Assembly: GCA_963700145.1 (NCBI GenBank)
Contig: OY969474.1
Coordinates: 3,360,001 to 3,424,000 of the forward strand
Origin: an uncultured Acidobacteriota bacterium
GTDB lineage: Bacteria; Acidobacteriota; Thermoanaerobaculia; Multivoradales; UBA5704
Direction of reading: 5' to 3'
Length of the DNA stretch: 64,000 nt
Shown here: piece by piece, positions 28,962-37,778 of the stretch
Position numbering within the stretch: the first letter of the stretch is position 1
How the letters are laid out: each line of letters begins with the position of its first letter
The notes under the pieces: generated by a model
What the model saw: the letters and a program-made list of their open reading frames with translations, nothing else
The model's database searches: none
What the model was told of the DNA's origin: nothing
Position numbers and translations under genes: made by a program

Positions 28962-29706
28962 ATGGAACGCACGATCAACTCCGCCCTCCGCCTCCATCAC
29001 ATGCTCCTCGCCCTGCGCGACGCGAGCCGCGAGGGGCGCCCCATCCGCCAAGTCCTCGCCGAGGTCTTCGAGCTCCAGCCGGACGACGACCTCGCCCTCC
29101 GCCGCCGGCTGCTGGCGGTCGACGACCTCTTCGCCGAGTCCGAGGCCGCGATCCGGTCGATTCCGGGCATCGACCTGCAGCGCTACCTCCGCTACTTCCC
29201 CGCGGCCAGGAAGGCCCTCCTCGGCGCCCGCCTCGACCAGGACTCCCGCCGCTACGCCCCGTTCCAGGAGGCCCTCGGCGAGGCCGTCTGCCAGTCCATC
29301 GAGTTCTGCGGCGCCCGCATCGCCGAGGAGTTCCCCGAGACCCGTCCTGGCAACCGACGACCTGGGCGAGGTCGAGGCCCGGCTCAACGCCCTCTTCGCC
29401 TTCACCGCCAGCGCCGAGCTCGACCCCGCGCTCCGCCAGGTCAGCCTCGACATCCTGCAGGCCCTCCGCGCCGCCCTTGCCGACTACCGCATCCACGGCG
29501 CCGCCGGGCTCCAGGAGGCCGTCGAGCAGGCGGTGGGCAAGCTCACCGTCCACTACCTCCGCGCGAGAAAGCAGGGCACCCGTCTCGACATCGACCAGCT
29601 CGAACGGCTCCTCGACCTGATCTTCAAGTTCGAGGCCCTGCTCGCCAAGGCGTCCGTCTACCTGCCGGCGCTGACCGAGTACCTGCCGAAGCTCCTGGGG
29701 GCGTAA
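28962..29706 (+). pseudogene. Hypothetical helical protein split by a +1 frameshift near 29340 (or a sequencing error)
   Basis: GGAGG RBS; MERTINSALR...EEFPE continues in the next frame as PVLATDDLGEVEARL...DYRIHGAAGLQEAVE...LLGA*. Confidence 0.7.
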
Positions 29707-29710
29707 GGCG

Positions 29711-30325
29711 ATGGCGGACCTGCGCTGGCTGACACGCATTGGCGACTACGAAGTCATCCGCCGCGAGATCCCACGCCTGGGCGGCAAGCCGTACTACTTG
29801 AACGGCAGCACCCTGATCGGCGTCCTCCACACGACCGAAGGCGACACCGTCGAGGCGGCGTGGCGCACCCTCCGCCAGCAGAATGCGGCGCCTCACTTCA
29901 TCGCCGGCGAGAACACGATCGTCCAGTGCCGGCCCCTCAATGCGCAGGCCTCGACGCTGCGCCCCCGCCGGAACAACACCGCGAACGTCCACGCGCAGGT
30001 GCAGGTCGAGATGGTGGCGCGGAGCAAGCAGAAGCTGTGGCTTCCGAAGCCGTCCACGCTCGACCCGACGGTCGCGATCCTGGCCTTCTGCGAGAAGGCC
30101 CTCGGGATTCCGCTACGAGTCCCGAACGACTGGCCGGACGACTGCGCGGACCTGCCGTTGCCGTGGGCCGCGAACGACAGGCGACGGAGGCAGGCCAGCA
30201 AGGGGTTGTGGCCGAAGGAGCTCCTCGAGGATCTCCTCGGAACCCGGGTCGATCTCGTCACCGAGCGCGGCCTCAGGGCGCGAGTCCGGCCGAGTGTCGA
30301 AAGGGACGCAATTCGTGTCGCGTAA
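29711..30325 (+). pseudogene. Chimeric ORF: amidase_2-like N-terminus fused to the C-terminal tail of a minimal nucleotidyltransferase (MNT)
   Basis: VLHTTEG..APHF....IVQ..PL is amidase-like; the ending LLEDLLGTRVDLVTERGLRARVRPSVERDAIRV is typical of MNT antitoxins. Confidence 0.55.
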
Positions 30326-30597
30326 ACCAGACTGGACGCCAACGCCACTACACATCACCTCGCGCGAAGACCAACAGCAGCAATCTCGTTACCGGCCACC
30401 CTCAGTCCTCCTCCTATTCGCCCTCCGCGCCGCAGACAACATCGTCGAGTGCCCCTATCAAGGTCACACCTCAGCCGGCAACAACACGTTATAGCCGACG
30501 CTCAGATGGAGAAGATCGACGCGAGCGAAACCACACTCCGCAACTCCAGGCCTGCCAGGAGTGAAGGGCTGGTTACCTCCGGCTACGGCCTAAGCTC

Positions 30598-30634
30598 TTG
30601 ACACCCTCCGCCCGCGGCACGTATGCTCTATAAT
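30598..30634 (+). promoter_or_regulatory. Sigma70-type promoter upstream of the HD-CE gene
   Basis: TTGACA-N18-TATGCT with an adjacent TATAAT. Confidence 0.55.
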
Positions 30635-31035
30635 AGTGCCCGACGGTTCCTCAGCTCGCGGCGGTGAATTTGTCTTAAAGGCTCATCCTTGGTAACGATT
30701 TGGTAGGAAGCTCGGCGGCCTGCTGCTAAATGCCTCCCCCGACCACCTTCAACGTGCTATTTCGCTGACAGCTCTAATGCCAGTAATTCCTCCAGCGCCT
30801 CACGATGTCAACAGCTCGCACGTGCTCCAAGTTCTTCGGCGAAAGAGCACGGAACATGACGGCTTGAGCGTTAAAGTCCAACAATTCATTTCCGTCGCCA
30901 CACCGATGGTTGACTTAGTGGCCGCTGGTCCATTCCGAAATTATACTCTCCATAATCGAGACCATGCCCGCAAGATCATTCATCTCATTCAATACCTCGT
31001 TCCACCTGCCACGCTTGACCAACTTTCAAGCCTAG

Positions 31036-32533
31036 CAGCCCGTGGTGAAAGTCGCTGAGCGCGGTTGAGCCTGTCCGAGCAGGTCGGTAGGCTTCGAGCC
31101 AATTCGACGAGGGTCAAGCCAATGGCGATGGGCAAGCGCGAGCGGCAGCTGCAGCAGAGGCTCTGGGTGGAGTCGCAGCGGCTGGCGAAAGGGCCGAGCC
31201 ACCCCTTCTACAGTCGGTTGAATCAGATCCTGGGCAAGCACGGGTTCGACGACTTCGCCGAGGCGGCGTGCAAGCCGTTCTATGCCGAGCGCATGGGCCG
31301 CCCGTCGCTGGCGCCTGGGGTGTACTTCCGGCTGCTGCTGATCGGCTACTTCGAGGGGATCGACTCGGAGCGGGGCATCGCCTGGCGGGTGGCGGATTCG
31401 ATCGGCTTGCGCGACTTTTTGGGCTTGACGCTGACCGACACGACGCCGGACCACTCGACGATCTCGCGCACTCGGCGGTTGATCGAGCTGGGGACGCACC
31501 AGGAGGTGTTCGCCTGGGTGCTTGCGCTGCTGGCCAAGGAGAAGCTCGTCCGGGGCGAGACGCTGGGGATCGATGCGACGACGCTCGAGGCCAACGCGGC
31601 GCTGCGCAGCATCGTGCGGCGCGACAGCGGCGAGAGCTACCAGGAGTTTCTGACCCGGCTGGCTCAGGCCTCGGGCATTGCGACGCCAACGCGGGAGGAC
31701 TTGGCGCGGCTGGACCGTGACCGACCGCGGAAGGGCTCGAACAAGGAATGGAAGCACCCGCACGATCCGGATGCGCGGATCACCAAGATGAAGGACGGGC
31801 GGACGCATCTGGCCCACAAGGCCGAGCACGCGGTGGATCTGGAGACCGGCGCGATCGTGGCGGTGACCGTGCAGCCGGCCGATCGCGGGGACACGGCCAG
31901 CATCGAGGAGACCGTCCAGGAGGCGATGGATGTCCTGGCCGATGTCCTGGAAGACGAGGAAGCGGCCGAGCAGCTCGACGGCGAAGTGCTCAGCGAGATC
32001 GTCGGCGACAAGGGCTACCACAGCAACGCCGTACTCACCGGGTACGAGGCCCTGGGCATTCGCACCTACATCTCCGAGCCCAAGCGCGGCCGGCGCAACT
32101 GGCGCGGCAAGACGGCGGCGCAGCACGCCACCCACGCCAATCGGCGCCGCGTGCGCGGCGCGCACGGCAAGGCCCTGCTGCGGCGACGCGGCGAGGTCCT
32201 CGAACGCAGCTTTGCCCATTGTTACGAAACCGGCGCCTTGCGCCGAGCTCATCTCCGAGGACGGCAGAACCTCGCGAAACGAGTGCTGGTCCATGCGGCG
32301 GGCTTCAATCTCGGCCTGGTGATGCGCCGGCGCCTTGGGCGCGGCACGCCACGGGGGCTGCAGGGCGCCATGGGGCGGGCTTCCGCCGCTCTTTGTGACC
32401 TCCTGGGCACCCTCGGGCGTGCCCTCCTCGACCTCCGGTTTCAATGGAGCCCGCACATCGTGATCGGTTGGCTCCACGTACCCCGTACGGTCGCGGCCTG
32501 AACCAGGACCGAGGGCACTTCCACCACGGGCTG
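31036..32533 (+). mobile_element. Insertion sequence (IS1182/IS5-like), 1498 bp
   Basis: 17-bp terminal inverted repeats CAGCCCGTGGTGAAAGT / CAGCCCGTGGTGGAAGT (1 mismatch); CTAG target duplication at 31032-31035 and 32534-32537. Confidence 0.93.
31122..32501 (+). CDS. DDE transposase
   Basis: GRPS, PDHSTISR, IDATTLEANA, DPDAR, DKGY and ERSFA motifs. Confidence 0.93.
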   Translation: MAMGKRERQLQQRLWVESQRLAKGPSHPFYSRLNQILGKHGFDDFAEAACKPFYAERMGRPSLAPGVYFRLLLIGYFEGIDSERGIAWRVADSIGLRDFLGLTLTDTTPDHSTISRTRRLIELGTHQEVFAWVLALLAKEKLVRGETLGIDATTLEANAALRSIVRRDSGESYQEFLTRLAQASGIATPTREDLARLDRDRPRKGSNKEWKHPHDPDARITKMKDGRTHLAHKAEHAVDLETGAIVAVTVQPADRGDTASIEETVQEAMDVLADVLEDEEAAEQLDGEVLSEIVGDKGYHSNAVLTGYEALGIRTYISEPKRGRRNWRGKTAAQHATHANRRRVRGAHGKALLRRRGEVLERSFAHCYETGALRRAHLRGRQNLAKRVLVHAAGFNLGLVMRRRLGRGTPRGLQGAMGRASAALCDLLGTLGRALLDLRFQWSPHIVIGWLHVPRTVAA

Positions 32534-34894
32534 CTAGAGTGCCTGCTTCTCGTATATGCGGCCTTTCTCCACGACATGGGAATGGTCGTAACAGCTACTG
32601 AGCGCAATCGGATCCTGTCCTCTCCTGAGTTCCAGGACAGCATACAAGACTGGCCGGCGCTGGCTACGGCTTATTCTCAGGTGCGTGATCAGCTGAGCAA
32701 AGCCAAGGATGCGGATCGTCTTGTCCTTGAGCTCTTCTTATATCAACTCCAGGAGGCAGCGCTGGTCGCATACTTGCGCCCGCTCCATGCGAGTGTGCAG
32801 CGCTATAATGAGCTGTGCAGCCAACTTCGCCTCAACTCAAACTACCCGGACCTCTTTAGCTTTCGCGGAGTATCATTCGAAAGTTGGTTGGTCGACATCT
32901 GCGCAAGCCACAACCTCGACGCCTCAGTCCTCAGCGAATCTGCGGACGCCTACAACGATCGCTTTCCACGAGACTTGACAATCGCGCACGAGAAGGCAAA
33001 TGTGCAGTTTTGCGCTGCCCTGCTCCGGTTGGCTGACATCTTGGATTTTGACCGAGAACGCACTCCACGGATTCTCTTTGAGAGCCTCGGGATCGCTGAG
33101 AGTGGCTTGCCTGGAGCTGAGGTATCGCTTCAGGAATGGGAAAGACACCTGGCTGTTCACACGCTTGAACTCCGTGAGGACGAACTGCTGGTCAGCGCCG
33201 AGTGCCGTCACCCCGCGATCGAAAAGTCTATTCGCGACTTTTGTTCGCTCATTGAGCGTGAACTTCGCGACACGTTGGCTGTACTAAAGCGAAACCCGCC
33301 CGAGATCCTCAGTCGCTATTCCTTCGAACTTCCGGTGAGTGTCCGTCCACGAATTACCTCCGTGGGGTACTCGTACAAGGACTTAGCTCTACGGCTGAAC
33401 CAGTCTGCTGTCATGTCGCTGTTGATGGGAGACCGACTCTATACACATGCAGGCGTCGCGCTGCGTGAGCTCCTTCAGAACGCTCTGGACGCGTGCGACG
33501 TTCGGCGGCGGCTTCACCATGAGACCAACTACACGCCGTCGATTCAAGTCTTAACAACTGTCGATCGCCTCGGGAGGCTGTGGATCGAGGTAGCAGACAA
33601 TGGTATCGGAATGGACGAGCATGTGTTGAGCGACTATTTTTTGAAGATCGGTGACACGTACTACGATTCTCCCGAGTTCAAACGACAATTCGCGAGGCTA
33701 CAGACGGTCGCGTTGCCATTCCAACCGATATCGCGCTTTGGTATTGGAATCGTGTCTGTCTTTATGCTCGCGGATGTTCTGGAGGTTCAGACGAGTAGTG
33801 CATTTTCGCCGCGCCAGGACACGCGAGGCCGACTCGTTAGAATCGAACGACTTGGTGGCTTAGCCTTTGTGACCGAACAGATGAGGCCAGAGTATGGCAC
33901 CACTATCCGCATTCGACTTCGAAGCGACATTGCCTCTGGATTAGACAGATTTTTCAACGAAGCAACGAACTACCTTCGATGGCTTGTACTACGACCTGCA
34001 TTTCTAATTCAGCTCCAGCTGGGAATAGGAACGCCAATCTTTTATCTCCCGGGAACGGATGGTCTATTCTTTACGGTATCGCGCAAAGGGGTAGAGTTAT
34101 ATGGCCGACGAGGCTATGAGGTGGTCACTATTGAGCTGGAGCGATGGAGCGATCGATTATCGGGCATCGTTATTCTTGTTTTCGCAAAGGATGGGGAAGG
34201 GCGATTGACGACCAAGGAGGGCTCTCGGCGAATCGCTTTTGATCCAAAGGATCCACAGCAGCTGAATCCGTTGACACTTGTTCCTGGATTTCGCGGTAAT
34301 CGGCTTACGGTGAGCGGTTTTCGAGTCAAGACGTTTCGCACGCGCAATTCTTCTCGTTTATGGCCGCAGCCGACGATCGGGTACGCGCTTTGCCTTTCTG
34401 ATTGACGCTGAGGCCGTGGGCAGTAAGGAAGTAGAATTCGATGTCTCGAGGGAGCGACTGACACACAGGGGAGAAGCTTACCTTCGAAGCGAGATCCAAA
34501 CGACCGTTTTGGCTTCCCTCATCGATCTTGGAGTTATGGACCGTTCGACACCGAGGCAAGGCTTTCCCTTTCCCCGACACGGAAGGAAATAGAGGAAGTG
34601 CGGGCCCGCCTTTCGACTTCTGACCGGAGACCGGATGCTCTCCAGGAACTCTTCGCCGCTGTCCTAAGGGCCCTTCCTTCGGGCCCATGGCCAAAGGGCC
34701 TGCATCACCAGATCGCGAGTGAATTGGGCATAAGCAGGAACCTCGTCTCAAAGGTGATTTCCAACTTGCTTGCATCAGGTCTTGCAGTAAAGGCCGAGTC
34801 TGCAGAGACGGATCAGTCGCCAATACTGAACGAAGAATAAGAAGGACGCTGTGCAAACGCGAAGGGGCAGATGACGCGCCGCGTTGCGATAAGG

Positions 34895-34941
34895 GCGGTG
34901 CGCCGCCGGCGGAGGTCAGATCTCCGCCGGCGGCCGTTGTG
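34895..34941 (-). repeat. 47-bp hairpin element, exact reverse complement of 28203-28249
   Basis: GCGGTGCGCCGCCGGCGGAGGTCAGATCTCCGCCGGCGGCCGTTGTG. Confidence 0.9.
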
Positions 34942-34946
34942 TCAGG

Positions 34947-35345
34947 TCAGGAGGTGGGCGGCGAGGTCGCCGGCGGCGGCGTGGTGGGCGCCGGGGGCGT
35001 GGTCGGCTCCTCCTTCTTACTCGGGCGGCGGCCGCCGCGGGGCTTGACGAGGAACTCGCGGAGGGTCTGGCTCTTGCCGCCGAACCAGCCGCGCAAGGCG
35101 TCGCGGATCTGGGTGCGCAGCTCGAGGCCGCGGGTTTCCTGCCTGCGCCGGCTGTCGTTGGTCTCCCGCAGGCGCGCGTTGTAGACCTCTTGCTGGGCTT
35201 CCAGCGAGCGGCAGGCGAGGAGCCAGGCTTCGAGGTCGGCCTGGAGGGGTTGGATGTGGGCCGGCAGGTCGGCCAGCTTGGCTTTGAGGTTGACGTTGAG
35301 GGTGTCCATCTCGGTCAGCAGCTCGAGAAACGACTCTCTGGCCAT
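34947..35345 (-). CDS. Helical coiled-coil protein with Pro-rich tail (copy B)
   Basis: AAGGAG RBS before MARESFLELL; similar to 27763..28188 (RLRE, SKK.E, PPAP.T.P). Confidence 0.8.
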   Translation of the reverse strand: MARESFLELLTEMDTLNVNLKAKLADLPAHIQPLQADLEAWLLACRSLEAQQEVYNARLRETNDSRRRQETRGLELRTQIRDALRGWFGGKSQTLREFLVKPRGGRRPSKKEEPTTPPAPTTPPPATSPPTS

Positions 35346-35427
35346 GAAGGGCTCTCCTTCGGTTGGTGCGTTGGTGGAAGACGTCGGAACGGCGGGGATC
35401 AGGCGGGGGGGAAACGGGCTTCTGCCG

Positions 35428-35626
35428 GGGTCAAGCGTACTTTCGCCCGGTACGCCCGTACTGTCCCTCGGTACAAGCGTACTTTCGGCCGGTACATGCG
35501 TACCGGTCGACGGTACAAGCGTACTTTCGGGTAGTACATGTGTACTGGCCGGCGGTACAAGCGTACTTTCGGGTAGTACATGCGTACCGGGCTCCGGTAC
35601 GTGCGTACTGTTCAAAAGTACGCTTG
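35428..35626. repeat. Tandem array B: ~9.5 x 21-bp units with palindromic RGTAC-N4-GTACY core
   Basis: Units GGTACAAGCGTACTTTCGGCC, GGTACATGCGTACCGGTCGAC, AGTACATGTGTACTGGCCGGC etc.; 18 GTAC sites; no indels. Confidence 0.92.
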
Positions 35627-35697
35627 CCCGGAGCTGCGGGGCGCTTGCCCCGGCGGTCTTCATAGCCGGAACTTGGGCATAAGACTGCCTCCTTTCC

Positions 35698-36105
35698 TCA
35701 GGTTCGGTCGTTCCAGATACCGGTTGCCGCCAGCATGGCGGCGAGCCGGGTGTCGAGATCGGCGAGGGACATGGGGCCGCGGGTGAGGGCTTGGGCGAGC
35801 TCGACGTCGGCGCGGGTGACGGCGCCGACCGCCGGGGTGGTGAGCCGCAGGGTGAGACGCAGGCCGGAGAGCTCGACGCGCAGGTCGCGGCGGTGGGACT
35901 CGGCCGTGAAGACGACGAGCATCGCGGCGAAGACGGCGCTGGGGGCGGTGCCGAGGGTGTAGCGGCCGACGAGCTCGCGGTTGCCGCCTTCGGCCTCCCA
36001 CCCGGGCAGCATGCGCAGGCGCCGTGCGAGCTGCCGCGGGCTGAGCGGCTCGTCCGCCCGCTGGCGCGCCCGCGCGGTCTTTTTCCGTGGGCTGGTCTTC
36101 GTCAT
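35698..36105 (-). CDS. Pterin-4a-carbinolamine dehydratase-like protein (degenerate; no HHP motif)
   Basis: GGAGG RBS; L..LPGW....RELV..Y, then LTLRLTT..G.VT..DVELA. Confidence 0.6.
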   Translation of the reverse strand: MTKTSPRKKTARARQRADEPLSPRQLARRLRMLPGWEAEGGNRELVGRYTLGTAPSAVFAAMLVVFTAESHRRDLRVELSGLRLTLRLTTPAVGAVTRADVELAQALTRGPMSLADLDTRLAAMLAATGIWNDRT

Positions 36106-36106
36106 C

Positions 36107-36682
36107 TCAGTCCTCCGTGGCGACGGGAGCGGTTTCGAGCGTGCGCACCAGGGCGAGGGCGGCCTGGGTGAGGCGGCCGAGGCGCACCGCCTCGTCCCGC
36201 TCGCTTTCCTGGACGTGCGCGGGCGGGCGAACAAAGCCGAGGGCGGGCATGGCGTGGCCGGCGCCGGCGAGGCACTCCTTGGCCCGCTGCAGTGCGTCGC
36301 CCGCCGCGTCCCACCGTTGCGTCAACCAGCAGGCGTAGGCGACGAGCCCCAAGGCCCAGCTCTCGAGCTCGGCGACGAGCCGCGGGCGCTCGCGCTCGCG
36401 ATCGACCTGGCCGAGGACCTCGACGGCGAGGAGGGCCAGCTCCTCGCCGAGGCCGGCGGCTACGTCCGCCGCCGGCAGGCTCCACTCGAGGAAGAGGGCC
36501 GCGACGGCGACCGTGCGGAACCGCGCTTCGTCCCGGATGCGCCGCCGGCGCTCCGCCGGGGGGAGCGCCAGGAGCTCGGCGACAGCGAGGTCGGCGGCCT
36601 GCCGCTCCGCCGCGAGCCGCGCGACGGCCTCGGCGCGCGTCGCGGCGAGAGGCGTCCACATCTCGGAGAGCCCGCCGTTCAT
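36107..36682 (-). CDS. Short TPR-like protein
   Basis: LESWALGLVAYA...RWDAA.DALQRA and ELLALPPAERRRRIR...RF match the TPR paralogs; ATGA overlap with the XRE gene. Confidence 0.65.
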   Translation of the reverse strand: MNGGLSEMWTPLAATRAEAVARLAAERQAADLAVAELLALPPAERRRRIRDEARFRTVAVAALFLEWSLPAADVAAGLGEELALLAVEVLGQVDRERERPRLVAELESWALGLVAYACWLTQRWDAAGDALQRAKECLAGAGHAMPALGFVRPPAHVQESERDEAVRLGRLTQAALALVRTLETAPVATED

Positions 36683-37143
36683 TCGCCGGCGCTCCCCGGC
36701 GCGGCGCGCCGGAGCTCGTTCTGCGCCGCCCAGACCATGGTCGCGACGGCGGTGAGGATCGGGCCGCGGTGCCCGGGCGGGAGCGCGTCGAGAGACCCGG
36801 CGATCTTGGCGACGTGCGGGTCGGCGATCTCGCCCGGCGCGGCGCCGGCGATGAGGTGGTCGAGGGTGACGGAGAGCCGCTTGCGGAGCTGGAGGAGGGT
36901 GAGGAGCTTCGGGACGTGGATGCCGCGCTCGTAGCGGCTGAGCTGGTCCTGCTCGAGGCCCAGCTCCTCGGCGAGCGCCTTCTGGGTCAGCCCGTGCTCC
37001 TGGCGGAGCTGCGCGACGCGGGCGCCGAAGAGCTGCCGGGCGAGCCGCTCGGCGTCGCCGCGCGGCGTCCCTTCGGGCCGGTCGCCTGGTCTGGCTTTTC
37101 GCAAGATGAGTTCCAGTTTCTGAGACTCAGATTCATAAGTCAA
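36679..37143 (-). CDS. XRE-family HTH regulator (start uncertain)
   Basis: FGARVAQLRQEHGLTQKALAEELGLEQDQLSRYERG...LSVTLDHL. Confidence 0.88.
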   Translation of the reverse strand: MTYESESQKLELILRKARPGDRPEGTPRGDAERLARQLFGARVAQLRQEHGLTQKALAEELGLEQDQLSRYERGIHVPKLLTLLQLRKRLSVTLDHLIAGAAPGEIADPHVAKIAGSLDALPPGHRGPILTAVATMVWAAQNELRRAAPGSAGE

Positions 37144-37372
37144 GCCTGGAGCGCAGCCCGCTCCTCATGCGATTTCCGCCGCCGCGGCGCTGCCCGAGGC
37201 GGGGTCTTTCGTCGAATCGCGGGGGTCAGGCCGCGGACCGGCTTACCGTGGTGTCGGGGGCGACACCTGCCGCCGGGCCGCCCGAGGGGGAGGGAAACGG
37301 CGATTTACGCATACGGTGGCAGACTCGAAATGACGCCCTCGGGCGTCGTGACTCCTGAAAGGAGGGAAGGGA

Positions 37373-37660
37373 ATGAACTGGAAGAGCGTTTCTCGCCCGG
37401 CCGCCGTCCTCGCGCTCGCGGTGGTCCTGGCCCTGGCAGTGCCCTCGCCGGCGAGCGCGATCGGTCGGGGCGGTGGGCGGGCGGCGCGGCTGGTGGACGG
37501 GTGGATGGAGGCGGCTTGGGGGTGGGTTGGGGAGTTGCTCGGGGGGCTGACGGCTAGGTGGGGTGCAGGGGGGACCTCGGTCGACCCGAATGGGGGGCTG
37601 ACCAGTCAGTGCGATGCAGGGACCTCAGTCGACCCCAACGGCTGCCCGCACCAGCCGTAG
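37373..37660 (+). CDS. Small secreted peptide precursor with two GTSVDPNG repeats (copy B)
   Basis: AGGAGG RBS; signal peptide ending ASA; Trp-rich helix; GTSVDPNG-GLTSQCDA-GTSVDPNG-C. Confidence 0.8.
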   Translation: MNWKSVSRPAAVLALAVVLALAVPSPASAIGRGGGRAARLVDGWMEAAWGWVGELLGGLTARWGAGGTSVDPNGGLTSQCDAGTSVDPNGCPHQP

Positions 37661-37778
37661 GCTCAACAGGTGTGCAAGCTCCGACGTAACCGGAGGCGGC
37701 AGCTTGCCGCCTCCGGGGGCCTTGCCGCGGCGGCTGTGTGTCAGAATCCGGCCACTTGCTGAACTGTGGGGGGCGTGG

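Larger units (their letters stand above)
30777..34840 (+). pseudogene. HD-CE domain + Hsp90-like GHKL ATPase + C-terminal HTH, interrupted by an IS and two apparent frameshifts
   Basis: YTLHNRDH before the IS; LHDMGM, LRLADILDFD, LRELLQNALDA, DNGIGM and SRFGIG after it. Removing the IS restores LSSL-ECLL in frame. The tail continues in other frames (DVSRERL; PWPKGLHHQIASELGIS). GC is visibly lower than the flanks. Confidence 0.85.

Noticed and set aside
31032-32477. 481-aa minus-strand ORF in the IS
   Set aside because: Antisense shadow of the transposase.
32444-32537. Start of the 653-aa ORF as a genuine gene start
   Set aside because: It lies inside the IS right end; the true N-terminus is at 30777, before the insertion.
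27506-35626. The two 21-bp arrays as CRISPR arrays
   Set aside because: Units are contiguous and degenerate with no unique 25-45-nt spacers, and no cas gene is recognisable in the window.
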